Shown here one piece after another: positions 48,440 through 60,084 of a DNA stretch of 64,000 bases; the stretch's first letter is position 1, and the number at the start of each line of letters is the position of its first letter. This DNA comes from Octopus sinensis (lineage: Eukaryota), in assembly GCF_006345805.1 (NCBI RefSeq), contig NC_042997.1, forward strand, positions 211,482,001 to 211,546,000, in the 5' to 3' direction. Below the pieces are notes generated by a model. The model made no database searches, was not told where the DNA came from, and saw nothing but the letters and a program-made list of their open reading frames with translations. Made by a program: the position numbers and the translations under genes.

Positions 48440-49650
48440 TCAGCTGACTTCTCATTCCATCGTTATTACCTCTGTGAGGCTCAAAGTCTTGAGACTGACC
48501 CTCACTAATTCATCCCATATTTTCCCGAGTCTCCCTCTTCCACAGATTCCAACAATTTTAAGCAATTGACACTTCTTTATACAGTTGTCTTTGTACATAT
48601 ATTTCAATGGTATTTGCAAAAGAAATACTTGGCTAAGACTAAAGAATTATACTTTGCATTTGTTGATCTAGAGGAAGCTTTCTTTTGAGTACTCTGTTGT
48701 GTGGCAAGGTGGGATCTGAGGAGGCTAGGGATAGACTTGTGACAGCTGTACAGGCCACCATGTAGATGGGCTTTGTTAGCAAGGTGACAGTTAACCATGA
48801 GTACAGCAAAGAAAATGGTGTACATTTTAAGTGTTAATGAAGGCTCAGTCCCCTACATTTCATTATTATCTTCCACGTCATAAGAGAGGGATTCAAGACT
48901 GGCAGCCCCCTCAGAACTACTATATGCTGACAATCTTGCCCTCAAACAGATTTTATACCAAAGCTAGAAAAGAAATTCCAGGTGAGGAGGCAAAAGCTGA
49001 AATTTTAGGGCCTTATGGTTAACTTAGCATAGACTAAGGCTTTAGTAAGCAAGAAAACAGACAGTACACTACTCTCTTCAGGTAAGTGGCCCTGCTCGAT
49101 GTGTAAGAAATGTGCAAGCACAAGTTCCATATGGTGTACCCAGTGCCAGCTATGGACACACAAGGGGTACAATGGAATAATAGGAAGGGTATCAGAGAAA
49201 GTAGTGTTCGTGTGTGGAAGAGGCACAGGGGCCATAAAATCTTCCAGATAATGTGGAAATCGGTTTTTTCCAAATGCTTTGGAAGCTCTAGAGGTAGTCA
49301 ATAGTTTCTTCTCAAGTGCAGCATATTTCCAAAAGTCTCAGTCGCTAGTCATTTCCTTGGCGAGGCCTAAAGTTCGAAGGTCATGCTTCACAACTTCATC
49401 CCAGGCCTTCTTGGGTCTACCTCTTCCACAGGTTCCCTCAACCACTAGGGTGTGGCACATTTTCACACAGCTATCCTCATCCATTTTCGCCACATGACCA
49501 TACCAGCGCAATCGTCTCTCTTGCACACCACATCTGATGTTTCTTAGGTCCAACTTTTCTCACAACGTACTTACACTCTGTCTAGTATGAACACTGACAT
49601 TATACATCCATCGGAGCATACTGGCTTCATTCCTTGTGAGCTTATGCAAG
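48440..49650. mobile_element. Rearranged RTE LINE fragments in both orientations
   Basis: An RT middle segment on + (48590-49280) lies between minus-strand C-terminal pieces (e.g. ERRLRWYGHV...GRGRPKKAWDE, 49338-49553). Confidence 0.7.
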
Positions 49651-49893
49651 TCGAACAGCAATTCTACATGGTAGCAAGACATGGCCCTCAATGTGGAGGA
49701 CATGTGAAGATTAGAGAGAAATGAGGCTAGCATTCACCTTTGAATGTGCAGTGAAAGTAGGCATAATAGGAATTAGATGCAGCGTATAAGAGAGAAGAGC
49801 ACACTCCAATTGTCTGTTTTGGCATGGTTTCTATGGTTTGATACCCTTCCTAATGCCCACCACTTTACAGAGTGCACTCGGTGGTTTTTATGT

Positions 49894-50730
49894 GGCACCA
49901 ACACTGGTGCTTTATACATGGTAACAATAGAGGTGCTTTATGCATGGTACCAGTAGAGGTGCTTTATACATAGTATGAGTAGAGGTGCTTTATACATGGT
50001 ACCAGTAGAGGTGCTTTATACATGGTACCAGTAGAGGTGCTTTATACATAGTACGAGTAGAGGTGTTTATACATGGTACCAGTAGATGTGCTTTGTACAT
50101 GGTACTAACACCGGTGCTTTATAAATGGGATGAGTAGAGGTGCTTTATACATGGTACCAATAGAGGTGTTTTATACATGGTACCAATAGAGGTGCTTTAT
50201 ACATGGTACCACTAGAGGTGCTTTATACATGGTACCAGTAGAGGTACTTTATACATGGTACTAACACTGGTGCTTTATAAATGGGATGAGTAGAGGTGCT
50301 TTATACATGGTACCAATAGAGGAGCTTTATACATGGTACCAGTAGAGGTGCTTTATACATGGTACCAATAGAGGTGCTTTATACATGGTACCAATAGAGG
50401 TGCTTTATACATGGTACCAGTAGAGATGCTTTATACATGGTACCAGTAGAGGTGTTTATACATGTTACCAGTAGATGTGCTTTGTACATGGTACCAGTAG
50501 AGGTACTTTATACATGGTACTAACACTGGTGCTTTATAAATGGGATGTGTAGAGGTGCTTTATACATGGTACCAATAGAGGAGCTTTATACATGGTACCA
50601 GTAGAGGTGTTTTATACATGGTACCAATAGAGGTGCTTTATACATGGTACCACTAGAGGTGCTTTATACATGGTACCAATAGAGGTGCTTTATACATGGT
50701 ACCAGTAGAGGTACTTTATACATGGTACTG
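49894..50730. repeat. 26-bp minisatellite GGTACCAGTAGAGGTGCTTTATACAT, about 32 copies
   Basis: Directly readable and embedded in an RTE 3' UTR fragment. Confidence 0.93.
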
Positions 50731-50799
50731 GCACACATGCTTTTCACGTGACAGCTGCACAAGTGCTTTGACATTGTATGAACATGTATGTCATGATCA

Positions 50800-52015
50800 T
50801 CATCTTTTAACTTCCTCCTTCCATGCTGTCATGGGTTGCATGGTTTGACAGGACCTGGCCAGGTAGGTGCCTGCAGCAGACTTTTGTGTCTGTTTTGGCA
50901 CAGTTCTACAACTGGATGCCCTTCTTAACACACCCACCCAGTAGATTGGACTGAGTGCTTTTTACGTGGCACTTGCTCAGGTCAGGTCAGTTTTTGTAAG
51001 CTTTTTACAACTGGATGTCCTTTCCAAATGCCAACCACTTTACAGAGTGCACTGGGTACTTTGAAGTGGCACCTGCACTGTCAGGGTCACCAAGTAAATT
51101 GCAAGACAAAGACCCTTTGAGAGGGGGAGAGAGCATTAGGTTCGAGTGTGATGGAGAAACAGGAGCAGAAACCCATATCCTGTTGTAGGGGGAGGTTCAT
51201 GATTTACCAGGGAGGTAGAGAGAGAGAGAGTGATCAAGAATGAAGACAGTAACATGTGTACCGCTGTAGAGGAGACACATGGCTGTCCAGCCTTAGGGAA
51301 GATCAAAAGGAAAAGAGAGTGGGAGAGAGCAAGAGGGTAAGTGAGAGTAGGAGAGGGGTGGTAGCAAAGTGCCAGGGCTTACTCACAAGGAGCAGGGATC
51401 AGAATATGAATTGGATTGTAAAGGGAGAGAGTGATAGGGGGTGGTAAGTGCCAGGGTAGAACCTCAAGGTATGGAGGTCATAATATAAGTGGCAGGGTAT
51501 TGGCAAAGAAGCATAAGGGCCAAGAGTAGTGCAGTGGCTGGTGAAAACCTGGGTATATAGAAGGGGTGGGGTACCATGGGATAGCAATGAGTCAGTGAGT
51601 AGGGCCATGAGGAAGGGATTGAGGAGTGAGAGATAAGCCTAATGCATGAAGTGGAAATGGGAGAAAGTGATGTACTTTTGTTTGTTGGGGTAGGATGTGT
51701 GGAAAGATTTATTGTTGCATGTGGAACACACAGAGCTTCTAGAACACAGATACACTGAAATGGGTAGGTCTTCTCAAAAGCCTCATATTGCCCAGACATC
51801 TTGATCCATTGTCATTTCCTCCATGAGGCTTAAAAACCTGAGATCAGTCTCCACCACTTCATCCCATGTCTTCCAGGGTTTCCCCTTTTCCACAGATGCC
51901 ATCCACGTTCAGTGACTGGCACTTCTCTATATGGCTATCCTCATTCATATGCATCACATGTCTTCTCTCTTGCATGCTACATTTGATTCCTCTTGTGCCC
52001 AACTTTTCTCTCAAT
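50800..52015 (-). mobile_element. RTE LINE 3' end with long 3' UTR (contains the single-copy homologue of the 166-bp satellite monomer)
   Basis: RT C-terminal remnants at 51790-52015, UTR colinear with 24830-25370, and an ATGATC/ATG tail near 50800. Confidence 0.75.
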
Positions 52016-52431
52016 ACATTTGCCCTTTGTCATAATATACAACCAACAAAGTTTATTATCTGACATATTATACACTTTGCACGTATCAAAATAAATGGAA
52101 ACTTGAATGAGGTGATCATTGCTAAACTGTGTGGTGTATAATGGTGCTCATCTGGAGTTGAATTGGAAAGAGAAGGTTCTTTTTTATTTTGAATCTATGG
52201 ATGTGTGTGGTGAATTTTTAGTGGCTTGGTTGAAAAGAAGAAAGGGTAAAAGAAATAGAAAAAGACAAGGAGAAAGGCAGAAAAATGAAAAGATAGGAAG
52301 AAAGAAGGAAAAAGAGAATGAAAGCTTTCCTTGTTTCTTTCTGTATAACAATTATCCAAACTTCTGATTACCTCTTTTTTCTAAATACATAAACCTGTAC
52401 ATCACTTCAAATAAATATATGCAAATATTTA

Positions 52432-52610
52432 GGGAAAGTTTACGAAAAAAACAAAAGACGAAGACAAGTGGTGTATAACACAAACAGATGTATTAGTATA
52501 ACGGTCAGGAATTGAAAAAGTCTTTTACGTTTCAAGCCTACGCTCTTCTACAGAAAGGGACACAGAAAGAAACAAGGAGAGAAAAAAATGTGTGTAGGGG
52601 CTAACGATGA
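52432..52610. repeat. ~180 bp dispersed repeat, second copy at about 54959-55147
   Basis: GGGAA.GTTTACGAAAA...CAAAAGACGAAG...GCCTACGCTCTTC.ACAGAAAG...GTGTAGG.GCTAACGAT in both copies. Confidence 0.75.
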
Positions 52611-52767
52611 TGTCATCATCATCATCATCATCATCATAATCTTTTAACGTCTGTTTTCCATGCCAGCAATGGGTTGGATGGTTTGATGTCGGTGCAAGGA
52701 CTGTATTGTGCTCTAATTTCTGCTTTGGTAGGAGTTCTTCACTACACCCACAACCCAACCCCACCTG

Positions 52768-52800
<33 letters not shown>

Positions 52801-53006
52801 CACTACTACTACTACTACCACCACCACCACCGCCTCTACCACCATGACTACTACTACTAAACTATAGTAATCATTAGTAATTCAGTATTTCTTGTCTAAA
52901 CCCAACATTTTGTCAAAATATTCCTGTTTTTTATAAACATTCAACAGAAAAAAGGTTCATATTCTTATAATTGTTCTGAAATATTTGATTTCTGTTTGAA
53001 CTCTAG

Positions 53007-53140
53007 AATTGGTCCCTGTTACATGGTCACTAATGGGAGACAAAGAATTATTTAAAACTGTTAAAGTCACAAAAGGACCAGAATATGATGACATCCGGGC
53101 CACTTTCCGTCGGAATTTGCCTTCCTATCGTATAATCAAA
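53007..53140 (+). CDS. Macro-PARP gene exon: start of the PARP catalytic domain (LVPVTWSLMG...GPEYDDIRATFRRNLPSYRIIK)
   Basis: CTCTAG acceptor and AAA|GTTTGT donor. 134 nt, phase 1 to 0, with the P..W...EY..I...F.......I.K pattern of PARP14/15-type ART domains. Confidence 0.88.
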
Positions 53141-53529
53141 GTTTGTATTTTTACTTCTGTTTATAAACAATATTTGATGGTTTATTGTTAAAACAAAATG
53201 TTAAGAGACATTTTGTTTGTATGAAAGATTTAAATCTCATTGTATGAACCTATTTTGGGATGGTTCTATGTGTTTTTGGATATTCACAAGAAATCTTTGC
53301 TCAACAAAAATACCTCGGCTTTAACTTCTTGCATTGAATTGTAAATGCAACACCATTTTGCAGCTAAACTATTATGCCTTACCAAAATTTACAGCTGAAT
53401 CAAAATTGGTATCAAATAAAAAAGAAAAAAAAAAGCAGATAGGGTTGGGGTTTTTCACCACAAACATTATTTCCTTGTCAAAGAAGTGAACTGATTGTTT
53501 TTTCATAAATGTATTTTCCTTTTCTACAG

Positions 53530-53707
53530 ATTGAGAGAATTCAAAATAAAACATTGTACCAGGGATACCAAGCATTGAAAAAAAAGTTTGAGGCAGAAAA
53601 TCCAAAGATTACAAATGAAGTTGATGGCCTTTGGCATGGTACTGCTGAAGGAGCTGTTGAGGGAATAAATAAATCAGGATTCAACCGTAGCTATTGTGGT
53701 AGAAATG
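53530..53707 (+). CDS. Macro-PARP gene exon: IERIQN...LWHGT...GFNRSYCGRN
   Basis: TTTCTACAG acceptor and ATG|GTAAGT donor. 178 nt, with catalytic His codon at 53635-53637. Confidence 0.95.
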
Positions 53708-54545
53708 GTAAGTATATTAAAATCAACATCATCATCTACCCACCCTTCCTATTGTCCTGAGCTGGACAGACTGTCACTGTCCACATTGATTGCTGTTTAG
53801 AATCCTTTCTCACTCAGAGAGGACAGAGGATGTCATGTTGCTCACACATTCCATGTTTGGCATCGTTTCTACTGCCAGGTCCCCTTCCTAACGTCTTCTG
53901 CTCTAGAGTAAACCAGGTGTATCTTATTATTGTGGAACCAACACTTTTACTTGTTTTTCTTGCTGGATTGGGAGGAAGGGGCTTCCCATCCCCTTTTCAG
54001 ACCCTTCTAAACTGTGGGGATTGGTTAGCATTAATGCTTCTCTTTAATCTTTGTAAATCAACAATTGCAAGAAAGGCATTAGAAGGGGTGTTGTTGATTG
54101 CTAGATTTACATATCAGGTTGCTCTTGTGCACCACTGGTACCATGTAATCCAGTACAACCTGTTGCATGGTCGGGTCGTTGGTGACTTAACACCACCGAG
54201 CATTGCTTAGTTGGGAGGGTGATTGTTGGACACCCTGCGGGACCAAAATAAGACCCGTTAAAGGGCAAAGGAACTGCTCTCGTAGTCAATGGTCATTCAA
54301 GACTGTGTGTTAAGGTAGCATGATACTCTTTAGCTTTGGTTAGCAACCTTCCTTGAGATGGTGTCTAGGTAAAAATACTTTAGGAGTAGATGGTTTACCT
54401 GTCGCCCAGTTTTGCACTCCTACCTAGCCTATTGGTTTGAAAAGAGCACCGCAACCAGATATTAGAAGGGTGTGAGTTCGATCCTCATGGCTGACTGCTG
54501 GCAAATTGTTTTGCTCTTAAAAGGATTTTATCCTTTATATATATA

Positions 54546-54951
54546 CTAGCAGTATCGCCCGGCGTTGCTCAGGTTTGTAAGGGAAATAACTATAAAGCAT
54601 TTTTAGAGAGTTATAGCCAAAAAATAGCAAAAAAATGGAAAAAAATGATGGTAAATTTTTTTTGAGAATAAAAAAAGGTGGAGTTGCGTCGCCTAGACAG
54701 TTTGCAGTTTGTGTTTCTGATTCTCGATCCCATGTCGAATTTATCGATTTTTTTCAGAAGTGGGGGAACTTTTCAAAATTTTCGCTGCGTTAGTTTTGAA
54801 TTATGACATTGGGCTATGTGTGTGTCAAGTTTCATCAGAATCAGTTGAAAGCCGTGGTCAGGGTGAGGGTACGAGAAAACAGACACACAGAAACAAGCAA
54901 ACAGACACACAGAAACACGCACAGCCAAACTGCCGATTATATAGAGAGAGA
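54546..54951 (-). mobile_element. Short non-autonomous Helitron, about 406 bp, in (TA)n
   Basis: The 3' terminus CTAGCAGTATCGCCCGGCGTTGCTC is identical to 603-627. The 5' end is TCTCTCTCTATATAATCGGCAG on the minus strand at 54951. Confidence 0.75.
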
Positions 54952-55151
54952 TATATAACGGGAAGGTTTACGAAAATAAACAAAAGACGAAGGCAGGTGG
55001 AGTACAAACAAACAAATGTATTAGTATAGCGCTCAGGAATAGAAATAGAACAAGTCTTTTACGTTTTGAGCCTACGCTCTTCGACAGAAAGATACACAGA
55101 AAATTAAAGACAAGGAGAGAAAAAAATGTGTGTAGGAGCTAACGATCTATC

Positions 55152-55182
<31 letters not shown>

Positions 55183-55261
55183 CTGTTCAGTATTTATGCG
55201 TTGAATAAAAAAATCTTTCAACTTGTTCTACAATACATTTTAACGCTTTGAAAACAAACTT

Positions 55262-55314
<53 letters not shown>

Positions 55315-55499
55315 GTATATATATGTGTATCTTAGAGAATGTTGGTTATGGCTGGTTCATAGGGTTGGCCAGGGTCAGTGGCTTATAACCTCTCTTCAAA
55401 ATGGAAAGAGGAAAGGCCACATGGCTTGTTTTCAAATACACAGACTAAGAAGAAAGGTCAAGCACAAGGGATTGTTCTCATTAGACCACTACCTAAAAT

Positions 55500-56345
55500 T
55501 CTTGTCAGCTTGAAGGTCCCAGGATTTCAGTAAGAATTGCCTGAAGTGTAAAACAAGATCTGAAGACATCCGTCTTGCACCCAGCAACCAATTCCTCTTA
55601 TGCCTTACTTCTCTCTCAGAACAGTGGCACTCTGTTGAACCTGAGCATACTAGCCTCATTCCTCTCCAACCTTCGCATGCCCTCTACATTTAGGGCCCAC
55701 ATCTCATTACCATGTAGAATTGCTGTCAATATACATACATCATACAATCTTCCTTTCACTCAGAAACAGAAACCTTTTGGGGCCAACAGAGGTAAAAGCT
55801 CTCTGAACTTCCTCCGCCCTATTCTTCTTCTAGCTATCACACTCTTCTTGCATCTCCCCCATCCCTATTAATTTGGTCCCCTAGGTAGCAGAAGTTATCT
55901 ACTACCTCTAATGAGCCACCAAGGCAATTGAGAAAATCAATTTCTCAAGTTTTTAAGGACCCTGTGCATCTTCCACATGAAAACTATCTTCTCTGCTAAC
56001 CTTCCTATTAATCCACTGCACCTCTTGTTTGTCTATAACTTACACTGGGTGCACAGTATGGAGTTCCTGCCTACACCTTTCCTACCATAGGGCCACCTAC
56101 CTGAGTTGGGGAGGATCCTGTCAGTTTTCTTGCTTGCTAGGACCTTAACCATTGCTAAGTTAGAATCCAGGTTTTGCTTCCACACCTGGAATTTCTCTTC
56201 TAGCTCTGATATGGAACCAGCTATGAGGACAAGAGGATCAGCATATAGTAGTGCCCGGAGACTGCCTGTCTTGAATTGTTCTGTTATGGCCTGGAGGACA
56301 ATGATGAAAAGGAGGGGACTAAGGACTGATCCTTGATGAACCCCT
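55500..56345 (-). mobile_element. Decayed RTE RT fragment (another at about 57430-57660)
   Basis: GVHQGSVLSPLLFIIVLQAIT...LLYAD.LVLIA...LEEKFQVWK. Confidence 0.8.
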
Positions 56346-56812
56346 CTGTGTGTGTTACAGAGTTTTAGGACTTTCAATTCTGTTTATTTTATATTTTTAC
56401 TTCTAATATTAATTATATAAATATATGCATGTATATACATACACACACACACACATATAAACATATATATATATATATATATATAACTCCAAGAAAGTTA
56501 GGGGTTGTGGATCCAACCCACTAAGGGATAATACCTATCCCTTATATACTGTTGGTATAATACCCAATTATTAATACACAAGTGTTTTTAATTGCATTGC
56601 AATTAACTTACCTATTGTATTAAATGGGTGAAGATAAAGAGGTATTTTACCATTAATTTATATTGCAAATAAGAAAATGGAGGAACACAATAGTTGGTTC
56701 ATCAAATTTAGGACATTAAAATGTTAACTTGTTTATTTATCAACACGACAACCATAATAACATACATACATTTTCTTATTTGCTATATATATATTTTTTC
56801 TTCTCTTCTTAG

Positions 56813-57078
56813 CCACAGTATTTGGTGAAGGTGTTTATTTTGCCAAAGACATCCAATATTCTGCAAATGATACCTATTCTACTCCTGACCATCACGGAAC
56901 AAAGAGAATATACCAATGCAGTGTTCTTGTGGGAAAAGTGATGCGAGGACAACACGGATTAAAAGTCTTACCGGATTCATACAATTCTGCTGTTGATAAT
57001 ATTCAAAGACCCAGTATTTATGTTATTTTCCATGACTCTCAAGCATATCCTAAATATTTGATTACATTCTCTAATTAG
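56813..57078 (+). CDS. Macro-PARP gene last coding exon: ATVFGEGVYFA...VLVG...SAVDN..RPSIYVIFHDSQAYPKYLITFSN*
   Basis: TTCTTAG acceptor, phase 1 start, stop TAG at 57076-57078. Tyr codon at 56836, third triad residue Ile at 57016, and a possible AATAAA near 57200. Confidence 0.95.
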
Positions 57079-57678
57079 TGAATATAATTGGAATTCATAA
57101 AACACATATAATGTGAACAGGAATATATTTAACAGAAGAAAGACTAAGAAAATACAGGAAATTCTCTAATTCTAGGTGCAACCCCAGGGTCTTTTGTAAG
57201 AATAAAACTATTCAATAGAATATTTTTCTATCATTCACACAGTGTTGTTGTCATTTTCTATCTTTTTTCACTTTAGAAATAATTATTGCTAAATATTAAA
57301 ATACATGAAGGTGCCTGGCTCAGTGGTTAAAGCATCGGGCTCACAATCATGAGGTAATGAGTTCAATTTCCAGGCTGGGTTGTGTGTTATGTTCTTGAAC
57401 AAGAAGGGGTATGTGGTGTGTTTGCCTTACAAATTTCTAGGACTTTGGTCTTTGCTACATTGACTCTAAGGCCTTTTGATTCCAAATCTAGCTTCCACAC
57501 CTGAAATTTCTTTTCTAGTTCCGGTAGTGATTCTGCTATGAGGGCCAGGTTATCAGCATAGAGGAGCTCCCAGGGGCAGCCCATCATGAATTCCTCTGTT
57601 ATTGCCTGGAGGACTGATGAATAAAAGGGGACGGAGGGCTGAACCTTGTTGGAACCCTGCTTTTTCTACTTCTATATG

Positions 57679-57728
<50 letters not shown>

Positions 57729-58299
57729 CGCAGGAGTGGTTGTGTGTAAGTAGCTTGCTAACCAACCACATGGCCACAATCAAATAACTGAAATAAGTAA
57801 GAGAGTAAAAGAGAGAGAGAGAGAGAGAGTGTATATATATATATATATATAGTAGAATAATAAAGAGGAAGTTCTTGGTATGGTATTATATATATTTGCA
57901 AGAATGAGTAGAGATGGCTTCTTGGGGGCAGATAATTTTTACTTCAATCTTATTAATAATGTTTACAGTGAGTTACTCTGATATGAGTAACTGAAAATTG
58001 TATTGTTTTACTGGTTGCTTAAATAACAAAACATTTGTTTTTACAAGTATACATACAAAAAATATATAATATATACACAAGAAGGGAAAATAATAAAAAT
58101 AGAAATAAAATTAAAATATGTAAATAAAATATATATAAATTCCACTCATGTTTCATGAAACTCTATACCATGAAATATAAGAAATGAAGTATTCCACAGC
58201 CCTGCTTCTTCTCATTTTTTAAAAAGAATTTTCCCAACATTCTACACTAGATATCTCCTTTCATGTATAAACATGAGTCATTGTAAAAGTGTTCAGTAT

Positions 58300-58371
58300 C
58301 TTTAGGTTAGATTACGTTAGGCGCCGGCTACTCGATAGAGTAGCCGGCGCCTAACGTAATCTAACCTAAAG
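58300..58371. repeat. Perfect 34-bp inverted repeat with a 4-nt spacer
   Basis: CTTTAGGTTAGATTACGTTAGGCGCCGGCTACTC-GATA-GAGTAGCCGGCGCCTAACGTAATCTAACCTAAAG. Confidence 0.97.
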
Positions 58372-58724
58372 TTTTCTTTTCTCTCCTCTTACATGTCTTC
58401 AAACATAATTAATTACCTATTTACTTATTCCTGACGAAGGAGACATTGTCAGTGTGACACCAAAAGATCCATACCTGTTCACTAATGTACTCCAGAAACA
58501 GCCATCGAATTGCTTCATATTGATGTTATAACTTTCTATAAAGATTTCTTTGGAACTTCTCTAAACTTTTAAATCCATCATTAGGGTTTCTCACTGCTGC
58601 CAATGTATCTTACAACTTTTAATCCTTAATTCAACGTTTTGTAAACCTTAAATCTAATATGATTTTTAATCGATATATCGATATATATGATTTTTATATC
58701 GATTGAACCGATCCTGGCTGGTTC

Positions 58725-59090
58725 GGTTCAATCGAAATCGAATTGAACCAGCCAGGATCCCTGGTCTGGTGGTACGTAAAAAGCACGATCCCACTCGTGG
58801 CCGATGCCAGCGCCGCCTCGACTGGCTTCTGTGCCGGTGGCACGTAATATACACCAATCCGACCGTGGCCATTGCCAGCCTCGCCTGGCACCTGTGCAGG
58901 TGGCACGTAAAAAGCACCCACTACACTCACGGAGTGGTTGGCGTTAGGAAGGGCATGCAGCTGTAGAAACACTGCCAGATAAGACTGGAGCCTGGTGCAG
59001 CCTTCTGGCTTCCCAGATCTCCGGTCGAACCGTCCAACCCATGCCAGCATGGAGAACGGACGTTAAACGATGATGATGATGATGATGATG
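58725..59090 (+). mobile_element. RTE 3' UTR with (GAT)n tail
   Basis: GGTGGCACGTAAAAAGCACCCACTACACTCACGGAGTGGTTGGCGTTAGGAAGGGCAT...GGACGTTAAAC(GAT)n, as at 8003-8208 and 60085-60400. Confidence 0.85.
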
Positions 59091-59679
59091 ATATCAACCT
59101 TTATTTATTTTTCCTTTTCACCAATATTTTTACCTCATATGCGAGATAGCTGTTGAGACTGCACTAGATTCATCCGACCTTTCAACAGGTCTTGTTTTCA
59201 AACCTGCTGGGTTTCTGGGAACCCTTGTCACCAGGGTAGCCTGGTGGAGTGCTGGTTTAGTCAACAACAACCCAAACATGCAACATGTTGTACTGGATTC
59301 CACGTTACCAGTCGCACTTATGAGAACCTCATAAGTGACCTGACACACATACATACACACACATACACATACTAATATAATTGTATATCTCTCAACTTTT
59401 ATATCTGCAATTACGTTTCAATGAAAAATTACATACTCTAAAGTGATACCACTGCAGGTTTTATTTGTTTGTCTCTTTTTCTAATATATATCTACCAGCT
59501 CAATGATGTACCACTTATAGCCATCTTTGATAGGCAGCTTCAACAACACTTTCATTTAAGTTGTTGTTCAAGCCAGAGTTTTAGTGGTAAAGCAGCCTGT
59601 GTGCTCATAGTACATACGTATTACATTGTCATTAGACAAAGTTTTTTTGTAAATATATATATGTGTATATGTGTGTGTT

Positions 59680-60060
59680 TTTTTTATTCTTTTTCTTGTT
59701 TTAGTCTTTTGACTGTGGCCATGCTGGAGCACTGCCTTTAGTCAAACAAATCAACCCAAGGACTCATTCTTTGTAAGTTTAGTACTTATTTTATCAGTAT
59801 CTTTTGCCGAACTACTAAGTTACGGGGACATAAATGCACCAACTTCGGTGTCAAGTGATGGTGGGGTGGAACAAACACAGAGACACAAATACACACACAC
59901 ATACATAATAGGCTTCCTTCAGTTTCCATCTACCAAATCCACTGATAAGGCTTTGGTCAGCCCAAAGTTATACTAGAAGACACTTGCCCAAAGTGCCACA
60001 CAGTAGAACTGAACCTGTAACCATGTGATTGGGAAGCAAGCTTCTTACCACACTGTCACT
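59680..60060 (-). mobile_element. tRNA-derived SINE
   Basis: Reverse complement of the 15990-16395 family. Confidence 0.75.
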
Positions 60061-60084
60061 CCTCTGCCTATATATATATATATA

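Noticed and set aside
52520-52560. Hammerhead-like CTGT(A/C)GAAGAGCGTAGGCT(T/C)(G/A)AAACGT in the 180-bp repeat (also near 55060-55090)
   Set aside because: Core A6 is replaced and each copy has a further core or stem mutation. Too degenerate to call.
57052-57054. YPKY instead of the usual YPEY as an inactivating change
   Set aside because: This Glu is not part of the H-Y-X triad, and PARP1 has Lys at the aligned position as I recall it (NLKYLL). There is not enough basis to call the enzyme dead.
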